Below, in pieces: positions 31,128-41,209 of a DNA stretch of 64,000 nucleotides. Each line of letters begins with the position of its first letter. The stretch's first letter is position 1. A model generated the notes under the pieces. That model did not search any database. It was not told the DNA's origin and saw only the letters and a list, made by a program, of their open reading frames with translations. The translations under genes were made by a program, and so were the position numbers. Origin of the DNA: a virus (taxonomy: Duplodnaviria > Caudoviricetes). Location: IMG/VR virus record IMGVR_UViG_3300028591_000139, positions 35,510 through 99,509 of that record; one strand, given 5' to 3'.

Positions 31128-31599
31128 AGGATATTGGAAGATAAAGGAGAATGTAATAAAAGAATCTAAAAAATTCTCATCAAGAACCGAATTTAAAAAG
31201 CATTCCGGAAATGCTTATAATTCGGCAATTAATAATGGATGGATTGGCGACATGCCATGGTTGGATGCAAATAACAAAAAACATCCCAAAGGCTATTGGA
31301 AAAACAGAGATAATATTATGAAAGAAGCCAAAAAATATTCAACAAAGGAAGAATTTCAAAAAGGCAATCTCAGTGCATTTTTGGCAGCGCATAAATATGG
31401 CTATATTGAAGAAATGCAATGGTTGGCTCAAAAGAAACAGCATAAGTGGGGATATTGGAATTATAAAAACATTGAAAATGAAGCCATTAAATATAATACA
31501 AAAACAGAATTTTATAAGGGAAATCAAACGGCATATAGAGCCGCATTAAAATTGGGCATAATTGATGATTTCTTTATTGATAATTATGTAACATTCTAA
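31102..31599 (+). CDS. Repeat-only derivative of the GIY-YIG HEG
   Basis: Only GYW..EAKKY..EF..AY repeats; no catalytic core. Confidence 0.6.
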   Translation: MIYYMRKYKGYWKIKENVIKESKKFSSRTEFKKHSGNAYNSAINNGWIGDMPWLDANNKKHPKGYWKNRDNIMKEAKKYSTKEEFQKGNLSAFLAAHKYGYIEEMQWLAQKKQHKWGYWNYKNIENEAIKYNTKTEFYKGNQTAYRAALKLGIIDDFFIDNYVTF

Positions 31600-31726
31600 A
31601 AAATGGTATATAAATTTTGTTTTTTAAAATATTATTTGTATATTTGCACACAATAAAATATTTATTCAAAAGGGGCGATTAGCTTTATTTTTAAACTAAA
31701 TTTGTAATAGATTAATCTTTTTAATT

Positions 31727-33553
31727 ATGAAGAATTTTATATTTTTATTTTTAATGTGCTTTGTATGTTCTTGTGTTAATCATGACGCTTATGATTTCGA
31801 TGGCAAGAACAACGAGGTGCTAAATCATGCTGAATCTGTATTTGGTGTTTCATTCATGAAAAACCACGATTGGAACATGACAAATCAGCAAACCATTACA
31901 ATCAACGTCAATCCCGATGATTTTGACGTTGCTGATGTTAGAATATTAACATGTTCTCCTTTTGGTAATGGTGATGGAAATGGCAGCATGTCTCTTAATA
32001 GGACTATTGTAAGAAATGGTGATGTTATTACCATGGTATATGACGTACCAGTTGGTATTGAGAGGTTATATGCCGCATGTTTTAACTCTGAGGGTGAGTG
32101 CCGAATTAAGGGTTTTAATGTTGGTGACGCAAGTGTTTCTTTCTCAAAGAAAGCCACAAGCAGGGCGATTAGCACTGATGACTTAAGTGCTTTGTCTAAC
32201 CTTCCGGAGAATCCCGTTCTTGGTGATGTTGTAATGTCATACTCAAGGCTTCGTGGTTATGATGGCTTTGACAACGACACTCTGTATAACGTTGTTGACG
32301 GCATTCAGCAAATGATGGTGTTTAATGACTATGATGAAGAAACAAAGACCGATTTAAGGGATGTTATTTTTACTTATTTGCCCAATAAGAAATCAAATAT
32401 TGAGAAAATAAGGAATCATAGGTATTACAACGAGAATTGCTATCCTATCACAACTGGAAATGAGCCAATTATTGTTGACTTAATCTATAAGAATGATGGT
32501 GGATGGAAGGAGATTGAAAAATGTGCCTTGTATTACTACTATTTCAAGGAGTCTGACTTAGCTGGCTTATCTGAAGATGAGGCTGTTCAGTACATAAAAG
32601 ACCTACCCAAGTTTAGAATGATAGACTTTGGTGATTGCGTTCTTGGAAGAGGAGTTAGTACAGGCATGAAAGATGACGTGTTGGTAAAACGCCTTGGATA
32701 TGTATTGATATATTGGGGTGAGAATCCAAAGACCGGTTCAATTGGTTCTTATCAATTTCCAGAAGGCTATAAGATTGGCTTCATGATAAGAAACGAAGGC
32801 AAAAACGTACATAGGGGCGAACTATACTGCGATGGAAGGCTTAATGGACAAGTTAATAAATGGGGCGACCTTGCAAGCGCAAAGCTTGGCGAAACTGACG
32901 CAAGAATGGCTTGGTTAAGCTTTAATGGCAAGAATTTCCTCTGTGGAGAAAGCGGCACTGATAGAGACTTCAATGACATTGTAATGGAAATTGATGGCGG
33001 CATTGAGCCAATTGGCGATTTACCAGAAATCGAATACAACAAATACACATACTGCTTTGAAGACACTTGGTTTGGAGATTATGACATGAATGATGTTGTA
33101 ATTAAATCAAGAAGATTAAGTGATACAAGCATTGAATACAGTATTGTTGCATGTGGCGCAATGGATGATGTTTACGTTAAGAACATTAATGGCAACAGAA
33201 TAAAAGATGACGTTGAAGTACATTCATTATTTGGCGTATCAAATAGATTCATAAACACTGTAAAAGGTGATACCATATTTGCTGCCGTTGTTGACACGGT
33301 AACGGTTGACAAGAGCTTCAGCTTTACAAATGAGGAAACAATGCCTTATATCTATGATGCCACAAGAGATTATACAGTTCACATTTCAAAGGCAGGAGAA
33401 GACCCACACGGAATAATGATTCCATTTGATTTCAGATACCCTCTTGAGAAGATTTGCATAAAAGATGCTTATTTGAAATTCAATAATTGGGGACAAAATA
33501 AGGTATTAGATACCGATTGGTATAGATATCCGGTTGAAGAAAAGGTTTGGTAA
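31727..33553 (+). CDS. Bacteroidota LruC/DUF4842-type lipoprotein
   Basis: Signal peptide with lipobox CSC; DRDFNDIV, FED..GDYDMNDVV, YPLE..I.DAY..F..W motifs; promoter at 31616-31646; terminator near 33581-33618. Confidence 0.8.
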   Translation: MKNFIFLFLMCFVCSCVNHDAYDFDGKNNEVLNHAESVFGVSFMKNHDWNMTNQQTITINVNPDDFDVADVRILTCSPFGNGDGNGSMSLNRTIVRNGDVITMVYDVPVGIERLYAACFNSEGECRIKGFNVGDASVSFSKKATSRAISTDDLSALSNLPENPVLGDVVMSYSRLRGYDGFDNDTLYNVVDGIQQMMVFNDYDEETKTDLRDVIFTYLPNKKSNIEKIRNHRYYNENCYPITTGNEPIIVDLIYKNDGGWKEIEKCALYYYYFKESDLAGLSEDEAVQYIKDLPKFRMIDFGDCVLGRGVSTGMKDDVLVKRLGYVLIYWGENPKTGSIGSYQFPEGYKIGFMIRNEGKNVHRGELYCDGRLNGQVNKWGDLASAKLGETDARMAWLSFNGKNFLCGESGTDRDFNDIVMEIDGGIEPIGDLPEIEYNKYTYCFEDTWFGDYDMNDVVIKSRRLSDTSIEYSIVACGAMDDVYVKNINGNRIKDDVEVHSLFGVSNRFINTVKGDTIFAAVVDTVTVDKSFSFTNEETMPYIYDATRDYTVHISKAGEDPHGIMIPFDFRYPLEKICIKDAYLKFNNWGQNKVLDTDWYRYPVEEKVW

Positions 33554-33675
33554 AAAATAAAAGAGTTAAATGAATATATAAAAATCTGCAAGACATTTAA
33601 AATCTTGCAGATTTTTTTGTCAAATGTTATGATACCTTTTTATGTGCCACACTTTATTATATAAAGTGACAAATG

Positions 33676-35007
33676 TTAAGCAGTCTTAACTTCCCAATTG
33701 CATGGATAAGTTGATAATCCACAACTACTTGTCCACGTTGCAGTGCTGTTTTTAACAAATGTGCCACTACTTGCAACGCCTTTCACCCAATTTGACGTAT
33801 AAGTTGAACTTGGTCTTGTTGTAAACATTGCCTTAATATAATTCAATTTACTACAGCCATTGAACATATCAGTATAACAGCCGTTTGCCAACGTTGTAGC
33901 GGGTAATTCAGGTGCTGTCATTAACGATGTGCAACCAGCGAACATCTGATAATAACAGTAGTTTGCCAACGTTGTAGCAGGTAACTTAGGCGCTGTCGTT
34001 AATGATGTGCAATCTCTGAACATATTACGATAACAGTGGTCTGCCAACGTTGTAGCGGGTAATTCAGGCGCTGTTGTTAACAAGGTGCAACCAGCGAACA
34101 TACCTTGATAACAGTAGCTTGCCAACGTTGTAGCAGGTAATTCAGGCGCCGTCGTTAACGAGGTGCAACCATTGAACATATTATAATAACATCTTTCTGC
34201 CAACGTTGTAGCAGGTAATTCAGGTGCTGTCGTTAACGAGGTGCAACCTATGAACATATGACCATAACAGGAGCTTGTCATTGTTGTAGCAGGTAATTTA
34301 GGTGCTGTCGTTAAAGAGGTGCAACCATAGAACATACTATTATAACATGATTCTGCTAACGTTGTAGCAGGTAATAATTCAGGCGCTGTCGTTAGACTTG
34401 TGCACCAAGAAAACATAGAGGCATAACATCTTACTGCCAACGTTGTAGCAGGTAAAACAAGGTTTCTTGCATTCACCACTTTACATTCCTTTTCCCCGTC
34501 AAAATCATTGAATAAATAAGCAAATTGTCCATCATATTCCAACGTTTCCTCACCCTTAAAGTCATCACCGTATAGGAGTGACATTACATTGCCTTCAATA
34601 TCAAACTCGCAATCAGAAGAGAAGAATGAAAAACAATCGTTATCAATATATCCAGTTTGCTGTGCATTTCCTTTCCATGATACCTTATCACCAACATTCA
34701 CATCAACATCAATGGCAAGATGCTCTTCCTTATTATCTTGGTTCTCTACCATTGTCCATGTTTCGCCATTGTCAGTTGAATAAGATATGGACGTAATATA
34801 TTCAGTTCCCATGCTTTTCCCTATATTGAACGATATTGTGCCATCTTCCAATGCCACTGTGGTTAAGTAGTCTTGTGAATAGTCATGCACAGGTATATAA
34901 TGCAAAGCCATGTTATCTTTTGTTAGGCTTACATGTGGTTTTGCCAGACTGCTTTCAACAGCTTCAAATTCTGCTGTTGTATTAAAGTTAGTTATGTATT
35001 CTCCCAT
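33676..35007 (-). CDS. BspA-type leucine-rich-repeat adhesin
   Basis: About eight ATTLAxxCYxxMFxGCTSLTTAPELP repeats. Confidence 0.85.
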   Translation of the reverse strand: MGEYITNFNTTAEFEAVESSLAKPHVSLTKDNMALHYIPVHDYSQDYLTTVALEDGTISFNIGKSMGTEYITSISYSTDNGETWTMVENQDNKEEHLAIDVDVNVGDKVSWKGNAQQTGYIDNDCFSFFSSDCEFDIEGNVMSLLYGDDFKGEETLEYDGQFAYLFNDFDGEKECKVVNARNLVLPATTLAVRCYASMFSWCTSLTTAPELLPATTLAESCYNSMFYGCTSLTTAPKLPATTMTSSCYGHMFIGCTSLTTAPELPATTLAERCYYNMFNGCTSLTTAPELPATTLASYCYQGMFAGCTLLTTAPELPATTLADHCYRNMFRDCTSLTTAPKLPATTLANYCYYQMFAGCTSLMTAPELPATTLANGCYTDMFNGCSKLNYIKAMFTTRPSSTYTSNWVKGVASSGTFVKNSTATWTSSCGLSTYPCNWEVKTA

Positions 35008-35172
35008 GTTTGTTTTGTTTTATTAAGTAATGTTTAGTTATTTTCATTTTTGTCATTTCATTAATATGTCATATATGTCATTAAGAGTTGCCCATCCATT
35101 TGTTAGCCTGTCTTCCATTGAATAATCAACCTTCACTGGGGTTATTGACGTATGAGATTCTTTTATTGGCAC

Positions 35173-37140
35173 TCAGGTGCCAACAGGTATATTATTACCT
35201 ATGTTCATATATTCCATTTCACAGTTATAGAATTTAAATGATTTCATATATCCTATAAATGTTCCAGCGAAGTTTTCTTCCAATGGATATGTTCTTGTTG
35301 GGTCAAGCATATAATTTGGTAAGACTGTTTCTGCCAATCCTTGTGTTCCACCGCCCAACGATATGTTAAATGGCACTCCTTCTTGTTTTTCATATAAATC
35401 ATTAAGTTTATGGAAATTAAATTTGGGCAATGTTTTTGTTACGTATACCAATTTTCCATCAACATAGAAATATAGTTTTATTCCGGTGAATATTGATTTT
35501 ATTTTAACGTGCACAACGTGCCATTCACAATCTTTAATAACATTTGGGAATGAATATCCTTCAATGACTGAATATTTATGTTCATTTTTTGCCTCGCAAT
35601 CGAATATTAAATATCTATATCCAATTTCTCCGTTATCTGTTATTCTTAATGCAAATGCGTTATTATATATATCTTTATATAAATCAGTATATTCTGAATT
35701 TGCTTTATCTCTTAATTTATCAATATCATTTACGGTATATCCTGTTTTTGTTCTATTCATTAAGATAAATAAATTGCCTTTAAATTTATCTTTCTTGCCA
35801 TAGAGCATCATTTTAGTGCCTTCTTCCCAATTATTTATTGTGAAACCTGTTTTTGTTCTATCAAATAATATAAATTTATTATCGGTATAGAAATAATAAT
35901 CATTTGCTGATTTCAGCATAAAATCATTATCTGTTTTATATTCAAAATCGCTTATATTCAATTCTGCCTCAATATAGTCTGAATCATAGTCCAACCCATC
36001 AAAGCCGTCTATATATCCATCTCCAAATAATTCACAACCGGATGATGGTTCATCTTTATCTTCCGCCCTGACATATTTTTGTTTTACGCAGCCGCACGCT
36101 GTAAAGAAAGAAACTTGCTTTGTTTTTGTCTTTTTTTCTTCCAAATCGCAGCACCAACTATCCATTGTAGTATGTGTCAATGTTTCATCTATTGTTTTTG
36201 GTGTAATATCAAAGTCCAAATAATCATCCAATATGTTTTCTCCATCGCAGCTTACTGTTCCTGAGAAAAGTTCTTCTTCACTTGTTCTATAGTATGACTC
36301 ATCATAATAATTAAAGTTCGTATAGTCATCAATATCTAAAAATTCTTCAATATAATCAGGATTTGGATTATAGAAATTACCTATTATATAATCTTTTTTA
36401 TCTATGTGGGCATCTTCAATATAATCATCGTATGATAAGGTTGAACATGATTCTTTATCTTCTTCATCATATAGATAAATCCATTTATTTTCGGCCCTTG
36501 TTCCCATATAGAAGAATATTCCCTTATTATTTGGGTATTTATCATTTAATGTTTTTTCAGATTCCTTTTCAAAATCACATTTATTTAAGGTAAATTCCAA
36601 TTCCCACGTATCTAAATCGTCCATTTTATAAGGGAGAACAGAATATTTATTACATTCTGTCATAAAAAAGCCTTGATAAAATCCGCCATTGAATTTTATC
36701 ATATCATTTTCTATTTTTAATGGATATTCATATAATAAAGTAGTTCCGCTTACAGCATGGAGCTTTAATCTATTATCTCCTTCTTCTATATCATATTTTG
36801 AATTGGTATAATAATTAACAAAATCCTTATTTGATATTCTGTCCTTTCTATATTGTATTAAACCATTATCTATACCGGTATATCCAATATTATTAAGCGT
36901 ATACGTGGTTGTTATGGCGCTTTCCCATTGATACTTGTTTGAACTATAAATCCATGTATCTCCACTAAAGCAGTCTTTATCTGAAACATCTATATATGAT
37001 ACCAAACAATCATCATACATAAAGCTACTATTGAAATTATAGCTTCCATAAGCATCATTGTTTATGAAAAAATCCCAATAGTCATCTTTATTTACCCTTA
37101 ATTTGAAAATATGATAGTTATTTTCTTTTAAATTAGCCAC
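35173..37140 (-). CDS. Putative virion protein with a ConA/LamG-like region; last codons supplied by a TIR
   Basis: WHVVHV..LYFYVDGKLV..FIGYMKSFKFY; the terminal GNNIPVGT is encoded almost entirely by the TIR. Confidence 0.6.
   Translation of the reverse strand: MANLKENNYHIFKLRVNKDDYWDFFINNDAYGSYNFNSSFMYDDCLVSYIDVSDKDCFSGDTWIYSSNKYQWESAITTTYTLNNIGYTGIDNGLIQYRKDRISNKDFVNYYTNSKYDIEEGDNRLKLHAVSGTTLLYEYPLKIENDMIKFNGGFYQGFFMTECNKYSVLPYKMDDLDTWELEFTLNKCDFEKESEKTLNDKYPNNKGIFFYMGTRAENKWIYLYDEEDKESCSTLSYDDYIEDAHIDKKDYIIGNFYNPNPDYIEEFLDIDDYTNFNYYDESYYRTSEEELFSGTVSCDGENILDDYLDFDITPKTIDETLTHTTMDSWCCDLEEKKTKTKQVSFFTACGCVKQKYVRAEDKDEPSSGCELFGDGYIDGFDGLDYDSDYIEAELNISDFEYKTDNDFMLKSANDYYFYTDNKFILFDRTKTGFTINNWEEGTKMMLYGKKDKFKGNLFILMNRTKTGYTVNDIDKLRDKANSEYTDLYKDIYNNAFALRITDNGEIGYRYLIFDCEAKNEHKYSVIEGYSFPNVIKDCEWHVVHVKIKSIFTGIKLYFYVDGKLVYVTKTLPKFNFHKLNDLYEKQEGVPFNISLGGGTQGLAETVLPNYMLDPTRTYPLEENFAGTFIGYMKSFKFYNCEMEYMNIGNNIPVGT
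35178..35199 (+). repeat. Solo 22-bp TIR overlapping the 3' end of the 35173..37140 gene
   Basis: tgccaacaggtatattattacc, identical to 41172-41193. Confidence 0.85.
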
Positions 37141-37201
37141 CTTTAATAAAACATTTTAATTACTTATAAATATTTATATTATAAATAAAAATACATTTTT
37201 T

Positions 37202-37465
37202 ATGAAAATTATAAAAATAAATGAAGGGCAAATCTCATTGCTAACAAAATTAATTGAATCAGAATCAGCACCAGATTTTGAAGATGGCGATATAAAAGAA
37301 TATGGTGATTCTTCTGAAAATGGTACAACTGCCACTGTTCAAGATAATGAGGGTAATCCAAAATATGGAAAGATGCCAACCGGTGATGAATTTGCAAAAA
37401 CTCAAACCCCACAAAGTTGGTGGGCGAACGGAACGATGTCTGGTTCAAAAATGTTTAGGCCTTAA
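37202..37465 (+). CDS. Hypothetical protein with the KIIKINEGQ motif
   Basis: ORF track; shared motif described in findings. Confidence 0.6.
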   Translation: MKIIKINEGQISLLTKLIESESAPDFEDGDIKEYGDSSENGTTATVQDNEGNPKYGKMPTGDEFAKTQTPQSWWANGTMSGSKMFRP

Positions 37466-37489
37466 ATAACAAAAAATAACATTATAGTT

Positions 37490-38638
37490 ATGCCAATAAT
37501 TTTAAAAGAAGATGAAGGAAAGGTACTTGGCAAAAGACAAATAAAAGTACCAGATGAAATAGTTGATAAGCTAAAACTCAATAGAAACCTCTTTGCAGCA
37601 TATACACAAGCAAAGGGGTATAAGCGTATTAACTCAATTATTGACGATGGCTATAATAAAAGGTCAAACAAAAAAGATAAAATACATAATGATGATAAAA
37701 CAGTATCATTTAGCGATTTAAAAAGAATAGATTTCGATTTAAGGCATACGCCAACAAATAAAAATAATTTGGATTATGTGTTACAAGAACCATTAAAACA
37801 ATGGGCAAATGACGAGCTTAAAAAGTTAAGAACATCTGTAAGAAAAGTAAAATGTGTTCCACCAGTGCCAAAAATTGATAAAAAACCATTATCATTACCA
37901 AAGGCACAAAAAGATATAAAAATGGGAAATGCATCTGTTAGAATAACAGAATCAACAGATAGCGATTGGCTACCATATTACGATTCAATTGAAGAAATTA
38001 ATACATATAGTGTATTATACGACTTTATTTTTAGAAAAACAGATAAACAACAATGGTTGCCACTTATTCAACCAGATATGTATAAAAAAGCACTGCTTGA
38101 ATTTGTAAGATATGGCAAATTTGTTTATTTTCCAACAAAATACGTATATCAATGGATGGGAATACTGTTAAATAATACAGCAAAACTTAGAGCAAATACA
38201 GAATGGGTTGGGCATCTCGATAGCGACCCCTTCCCAATTAATGTGCTCGAAGATGCAATAGAAAATTATCCGGAATATTTTGAAAAATATATCAAAGAAT
38301 TTGGAATGCCAAATGAAGATAATTGTTTTGAATTTATGGATGAAATGGGATTCTATGATTGGATGAACATGCCCGATGGAAGCGATGCTTGGTCAGATTA
38401 TGGCTTACCTGCATTGGAAAAAATTATCTGCGAATATAGAGAAGATATGACACCAGAACAAACCATTGTAATAATCAACAAAGCACTTGACTGCACACAC
38501 CCAAGGGGAGATTTATCTTCAATATTTATTGTTGGCGGAAGCAAAACATTAACAAATATCTCAGAATCCATTGAAAAAGGTAAAAAAATAATTTTTACAG
38601 AATCTCAATTATTAACGCTCAAAAAAATAAGCATATAA
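37490..38638 (+). CDS. Hypothetical protein (candidate internal head protein)
   Basis: ORF track; VRITES and KKIIFTESQL motifs. Confidence 0.65.
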   Translation: MPIILKEDEGKVLGKRQIKVPDEIVDKLKLNRNLFAAYTQAKGYKRINSIIDDGYNKRSNKKDKIHNDDKTVSFSDLKRIDFDLRHTPTNKNNLDYVLQEPLKQWANDELKKLRTSVRKVKCVPPVPKIDKKPLSLPKAQKDIKMGNASVRITESTDSDWLPYYDSIEEINTYSVLYDFIFRKTDKQQWLPLIQPDMYKKALLEFVRYGKFVYFPTKYVYQWMGILLNNTAKLRANTEWVGHLDSDPFPINVLEDAIENYPEYFEKYIKEFGMPNEDNCFEFMDEMGFYDWMNMPDGSDAWSDYGLPALEKIICEYREDMTPEQTIVIINKALDCTHPRGDLSSIFIVGGSKTLTNISESIEKGKKIIFTESQLLTLKKISI

Positions 38639-38688
38639 AATATTTATTATAAAAAAATAAGCATATATTTAAAAAATAATATAAAACT

Positions 38689-39099
38689 ATGGCAATATTA
38701 GAAAACGGACAAAGCTGCCTTGAAATCAAAGGTATAGAAGAAAGAGAACATGAAATCGTTAGAAGCGATTATAATGCAGAAAATCCATACGGACCAACAC
38801 ATCCCGACGCAATAAGCGATGGTGATGCACAAGGAAAAGGAACCGGCCATGGCGGTCACTCAGCATTTCTCCCCGATTGCTCAAAACCAACAAATATGAT
38901 TGATTACAGCAATTTCGATACTACACAAGGTGGGGGAAAATATGACATTAAAGGTAGAAATGATATTGGTGGCAGAGAAAGAAGCATGGCTCGTTCATTG
39001 TATAACCCAGAGTTTGAATATGGTGCAAAACTTATAAACACGTCTGAAAATATAAGTCAGGGCCAATTCTTCATTGGTCAAACAACAAAGCATATTTAA
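38689..39099 (+). CDS. Hypothetical phage protein
   Basis: ORF track; same putative operon. Confidence 0.65.
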   Translation: MAILENGQSCLEIKGIEEREHEIVRSDYNAENPYGPTHPDAISDGDAQGKGTGHGGHSAFLPDCSKPTNMIDYSNFDTTQGGGKYDIKGRNDIGGRERSMARSLYNPEFEYGAKLINTSENISQGQFFIGQTTKHI

Positions 39100-39407
39100 T
39101 ATTTACTTTTTAATTTAAAAACCTATATTATATAAGTGTGGCAAGCAATGCTGCACTTATATATTTTTAGGCAATAATATAGCAGTTGGCACAAATGATT
39201 TATAAAATGCAGTCAGAAATGGCTGCATTTATTGTTGAGGTCTCCCCCATCTAAATGAAATATAGTTTAGAATATCTCTTGTGATAAGTTGATAGACTTG
39301 CCTTGCTGAATTCTCATTGCCAAGCGAGAAAGTTACTATTCTTCCAACATTAACAAGCCATATATGTCTTCTTACGTCATACTCTAAACTATTACCATTT
39401 TCACGTA

Positions 39408-39550
39408 CCGTATATAAAATTCTATGAAAATCTATGAATCTCATACATTTTATTTCTTGTTTCAACCTATCACTACTCTTTAGGTGGTAAACCACGTTCA
39501 TCCATAGTTGGATAGTCCACAAGCGTAAATTCGGTAGTACGGCTACCTAT
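39408..39550 (-). ncRNA. Orphan omega-RNA-like sequence of a second TnpB family (possibly IS607-type)
   Basis: Homologous to the 3' region of the tnpB remnant at 63199-63345 (gtactaccgaatttacgcttgtgga..ggttgaa.caagaa); no adjacent tnpB. Confidence 0.65.
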
Positions 39551-39935
39551 ATTTATTTACTTTATTTATCTTTGTACTCATAATATAAATATCACTAAAG
39601 TTGAAAAAGTTTCGTATTTTATCAAATTATTTTATATTCTTTAATAGATTTTTGATGAACAGTTATTAACCCTTATATCTGTGTTTGGATTGTTTTGGAA
39701 TCTTCCAATAGTACCGTTGTTTAGTCTTACTATATTCATAACATCATTATAGACAAATCTTGGAAATAAGAAATTAATTAGATTAACAGAAAGTGATTTA
39801 CATCAAATTGTGAAAGAATCTGTTAATAGAATATTAAACAATATAACGAAGAAAAAGTAAAATTTTTCTTCGTTTTTTGCCACTTTTTAAAACTACGTGA
39901 TATTTATATATAGAAAAAATTAAAAAGTATATATT

Positions 39936-41096
39936 ATGAAACGAGCATACAAATACAAGATTAAACCAACATACAAGCAGCAACATCAGTTGTTGCAAGC
40001 TTTTGGCTGTGCTCGTTTCATATATAACTGGGGGCTTGATAAGAAAACAAAGGCTTGGACTAACGAACGCAAAACCATAACATATTTCCAACTTGCAAAG
40101 GAATTAACTACATTAAAGAACACCGAAGAACATAATTGGCTGAAAGACGTACCAAGTGAGTGCTTACAGCAGTCATTACGTAATCTTGATAATGCATATA
40201 CGCAGTTCTTCAAAGCGAAGAAAGGCTTTCCAAAATTCAAGTCAAAGAGAAAGTCAAAAGATGTTTCAAAATACACACAAGCCATTTATTTTGACTTTGA
40301 TGGTTGGAAGGTTAGAATACCAAAGTGCGGATGGGTTAAGCTTTGCGAGAATAAGTCATTTGATTTATCAACGTCCAAAATTGGAACATTAACAGTTAGT
40401 AGGGATAAGTGCGGAGAATATTGGTGTACCATTGTGGTTGAGGATAACAAACCACAGAAATCGAAAGCCAAGATTTCTGAAGATACAAGTGTTGGAATCG
40501 ACTTGGGCATCAAGGACTACGCAATTCTATCTGACGGAACTAAATACTCAAATCCAAAGTATTACGAGCGTAGCCAACAAAGGCTGAAACTATTACAACA
40601 AAGGTTTGCAAAGACAATGAAGGATTCAAAGAGACACGAGGTAATGAGAGTTAAAGTTGCGAGACAGTATCGTAAGATAACCAATATGCGTAATGACTTC
40701 CTTCATAAATTAACAACAGACCTTGTTAATAGATTTGATACAATATGCCTTGAGAACCTTAACGTTGAAGGTATGATGAAGAATCACAACCTTGCAAAAA
40801 GCATTCAATCAGTTTCTTGGGGAGAATTTGTTAGGCAAATTAAGTACAAAAGTGAATGGTTTGGAAAGAACGTGATATTCATTGGTAGGTTTGAACCAAG
40901 TTCAAAGACTTGCAGCAATTGTGGATATGTCAATCAAGACTTGAAGTTGTCAGACCGCGAATGGGTATGTCCTATTTGTGGTGAACACCATGACAGGGAC
41001 GTTAATGCTGCAATTAATATTAAGAGATTTGCCTTAAATCCTCAAGCCTTGGTAGGCTTTGAGGAAAAGGTTTTAGAAATAACGGACCGTAGGTAG
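39936..41096 (+). CDS. tnpB: RNA-guided endonuclease TnpB
   Basis: N-terminal HTH, RuvC GIDLG / CLENL / DRDVNAA, zinc finger CSNC..CPIC. Confidence 0.95.
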   Translation: MKRAYKYKIKPTYKQQHQLLQAFGCARFIYNWGLDKKTKAWTNERKTITYFQLAKELTTLKNTEEHNWLKDVPSECLQQSLRNLDNAYTQFFKAKKGFPKFKSKRKSKDVSKYTQAIYFDFDGWKVRIPKCGWVKLCENKSFDLSTSKIGTLTVSRDKCGEYWCTIVVEDNKPQKSKAKISEDTSVGIDLGIKDYAILSDGTKYSNPKYYERSQQRLKLLQQRFAKTMKDSKRHEVMRVKVARQYRKITNMRNDFLHKLTTDLVNRFDTICLENLNVEGMMKNHNLAKSIQSVSWGEFVRQIKYKSEWFGKNVIFIGRFEPSSKTCSNCGYVNQDLKLSDREWVCPICGEHHDRDVNAAINIKRFALNPQALVGFEEKVLEITDRR

Positions 41097-41171
41097 GCGG
41101 TTTGATGGGCGGTGAGGGTAAAGTGGTTGCACTCCCTATGAAACGTCAAGATTGTAAATCCTTAAGGCTTA
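41082..41171 (+). ncRNA. omega-RNA 3' scaffold plus 22-nt guide (41150-41171)
   Basis: gaggg..ccctatgaaacgtcaa end is shared with elements 2 and 3 with covarying stems; 5' end undefined. Confidence 0.7.
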
Positions 41172-41209
41172 TGCCAACAGGTATATTATTACCTTTTTTT
41201 TTAACAGTT

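Larger units (their letters stand above)
39170..41193 (+). mobile_element. TIR-bounded non-autonomous TnpB element 1
   Basis: Inverted ends 39170-39191 and 41172-41193 match at 19/22; they enclose cargo, tnpB, scaffold and a 22-nt guide. Confidence 0.8.

Noticed and set aside
33860-34460. DGR-type variation in the BspA repeats
   Set aside because: Third codon positions also vary, which is consistent with ordinary LRR divergence.
41150-41164. Guide 1 resembles a tRNA-Tyr anticodon loop (ga.tgtaaatc)
   Set aside because: No other tRNA arms lie nearby and guide 2 breaks the resemblance.
41102-41209. N-terminal extensions of ORFs 41102..42343 and 61244..61504
   Set aside because: They run through omega-RNA, guide and TIR sequence; downstream ATGs at 41210 and 61444 fit better.
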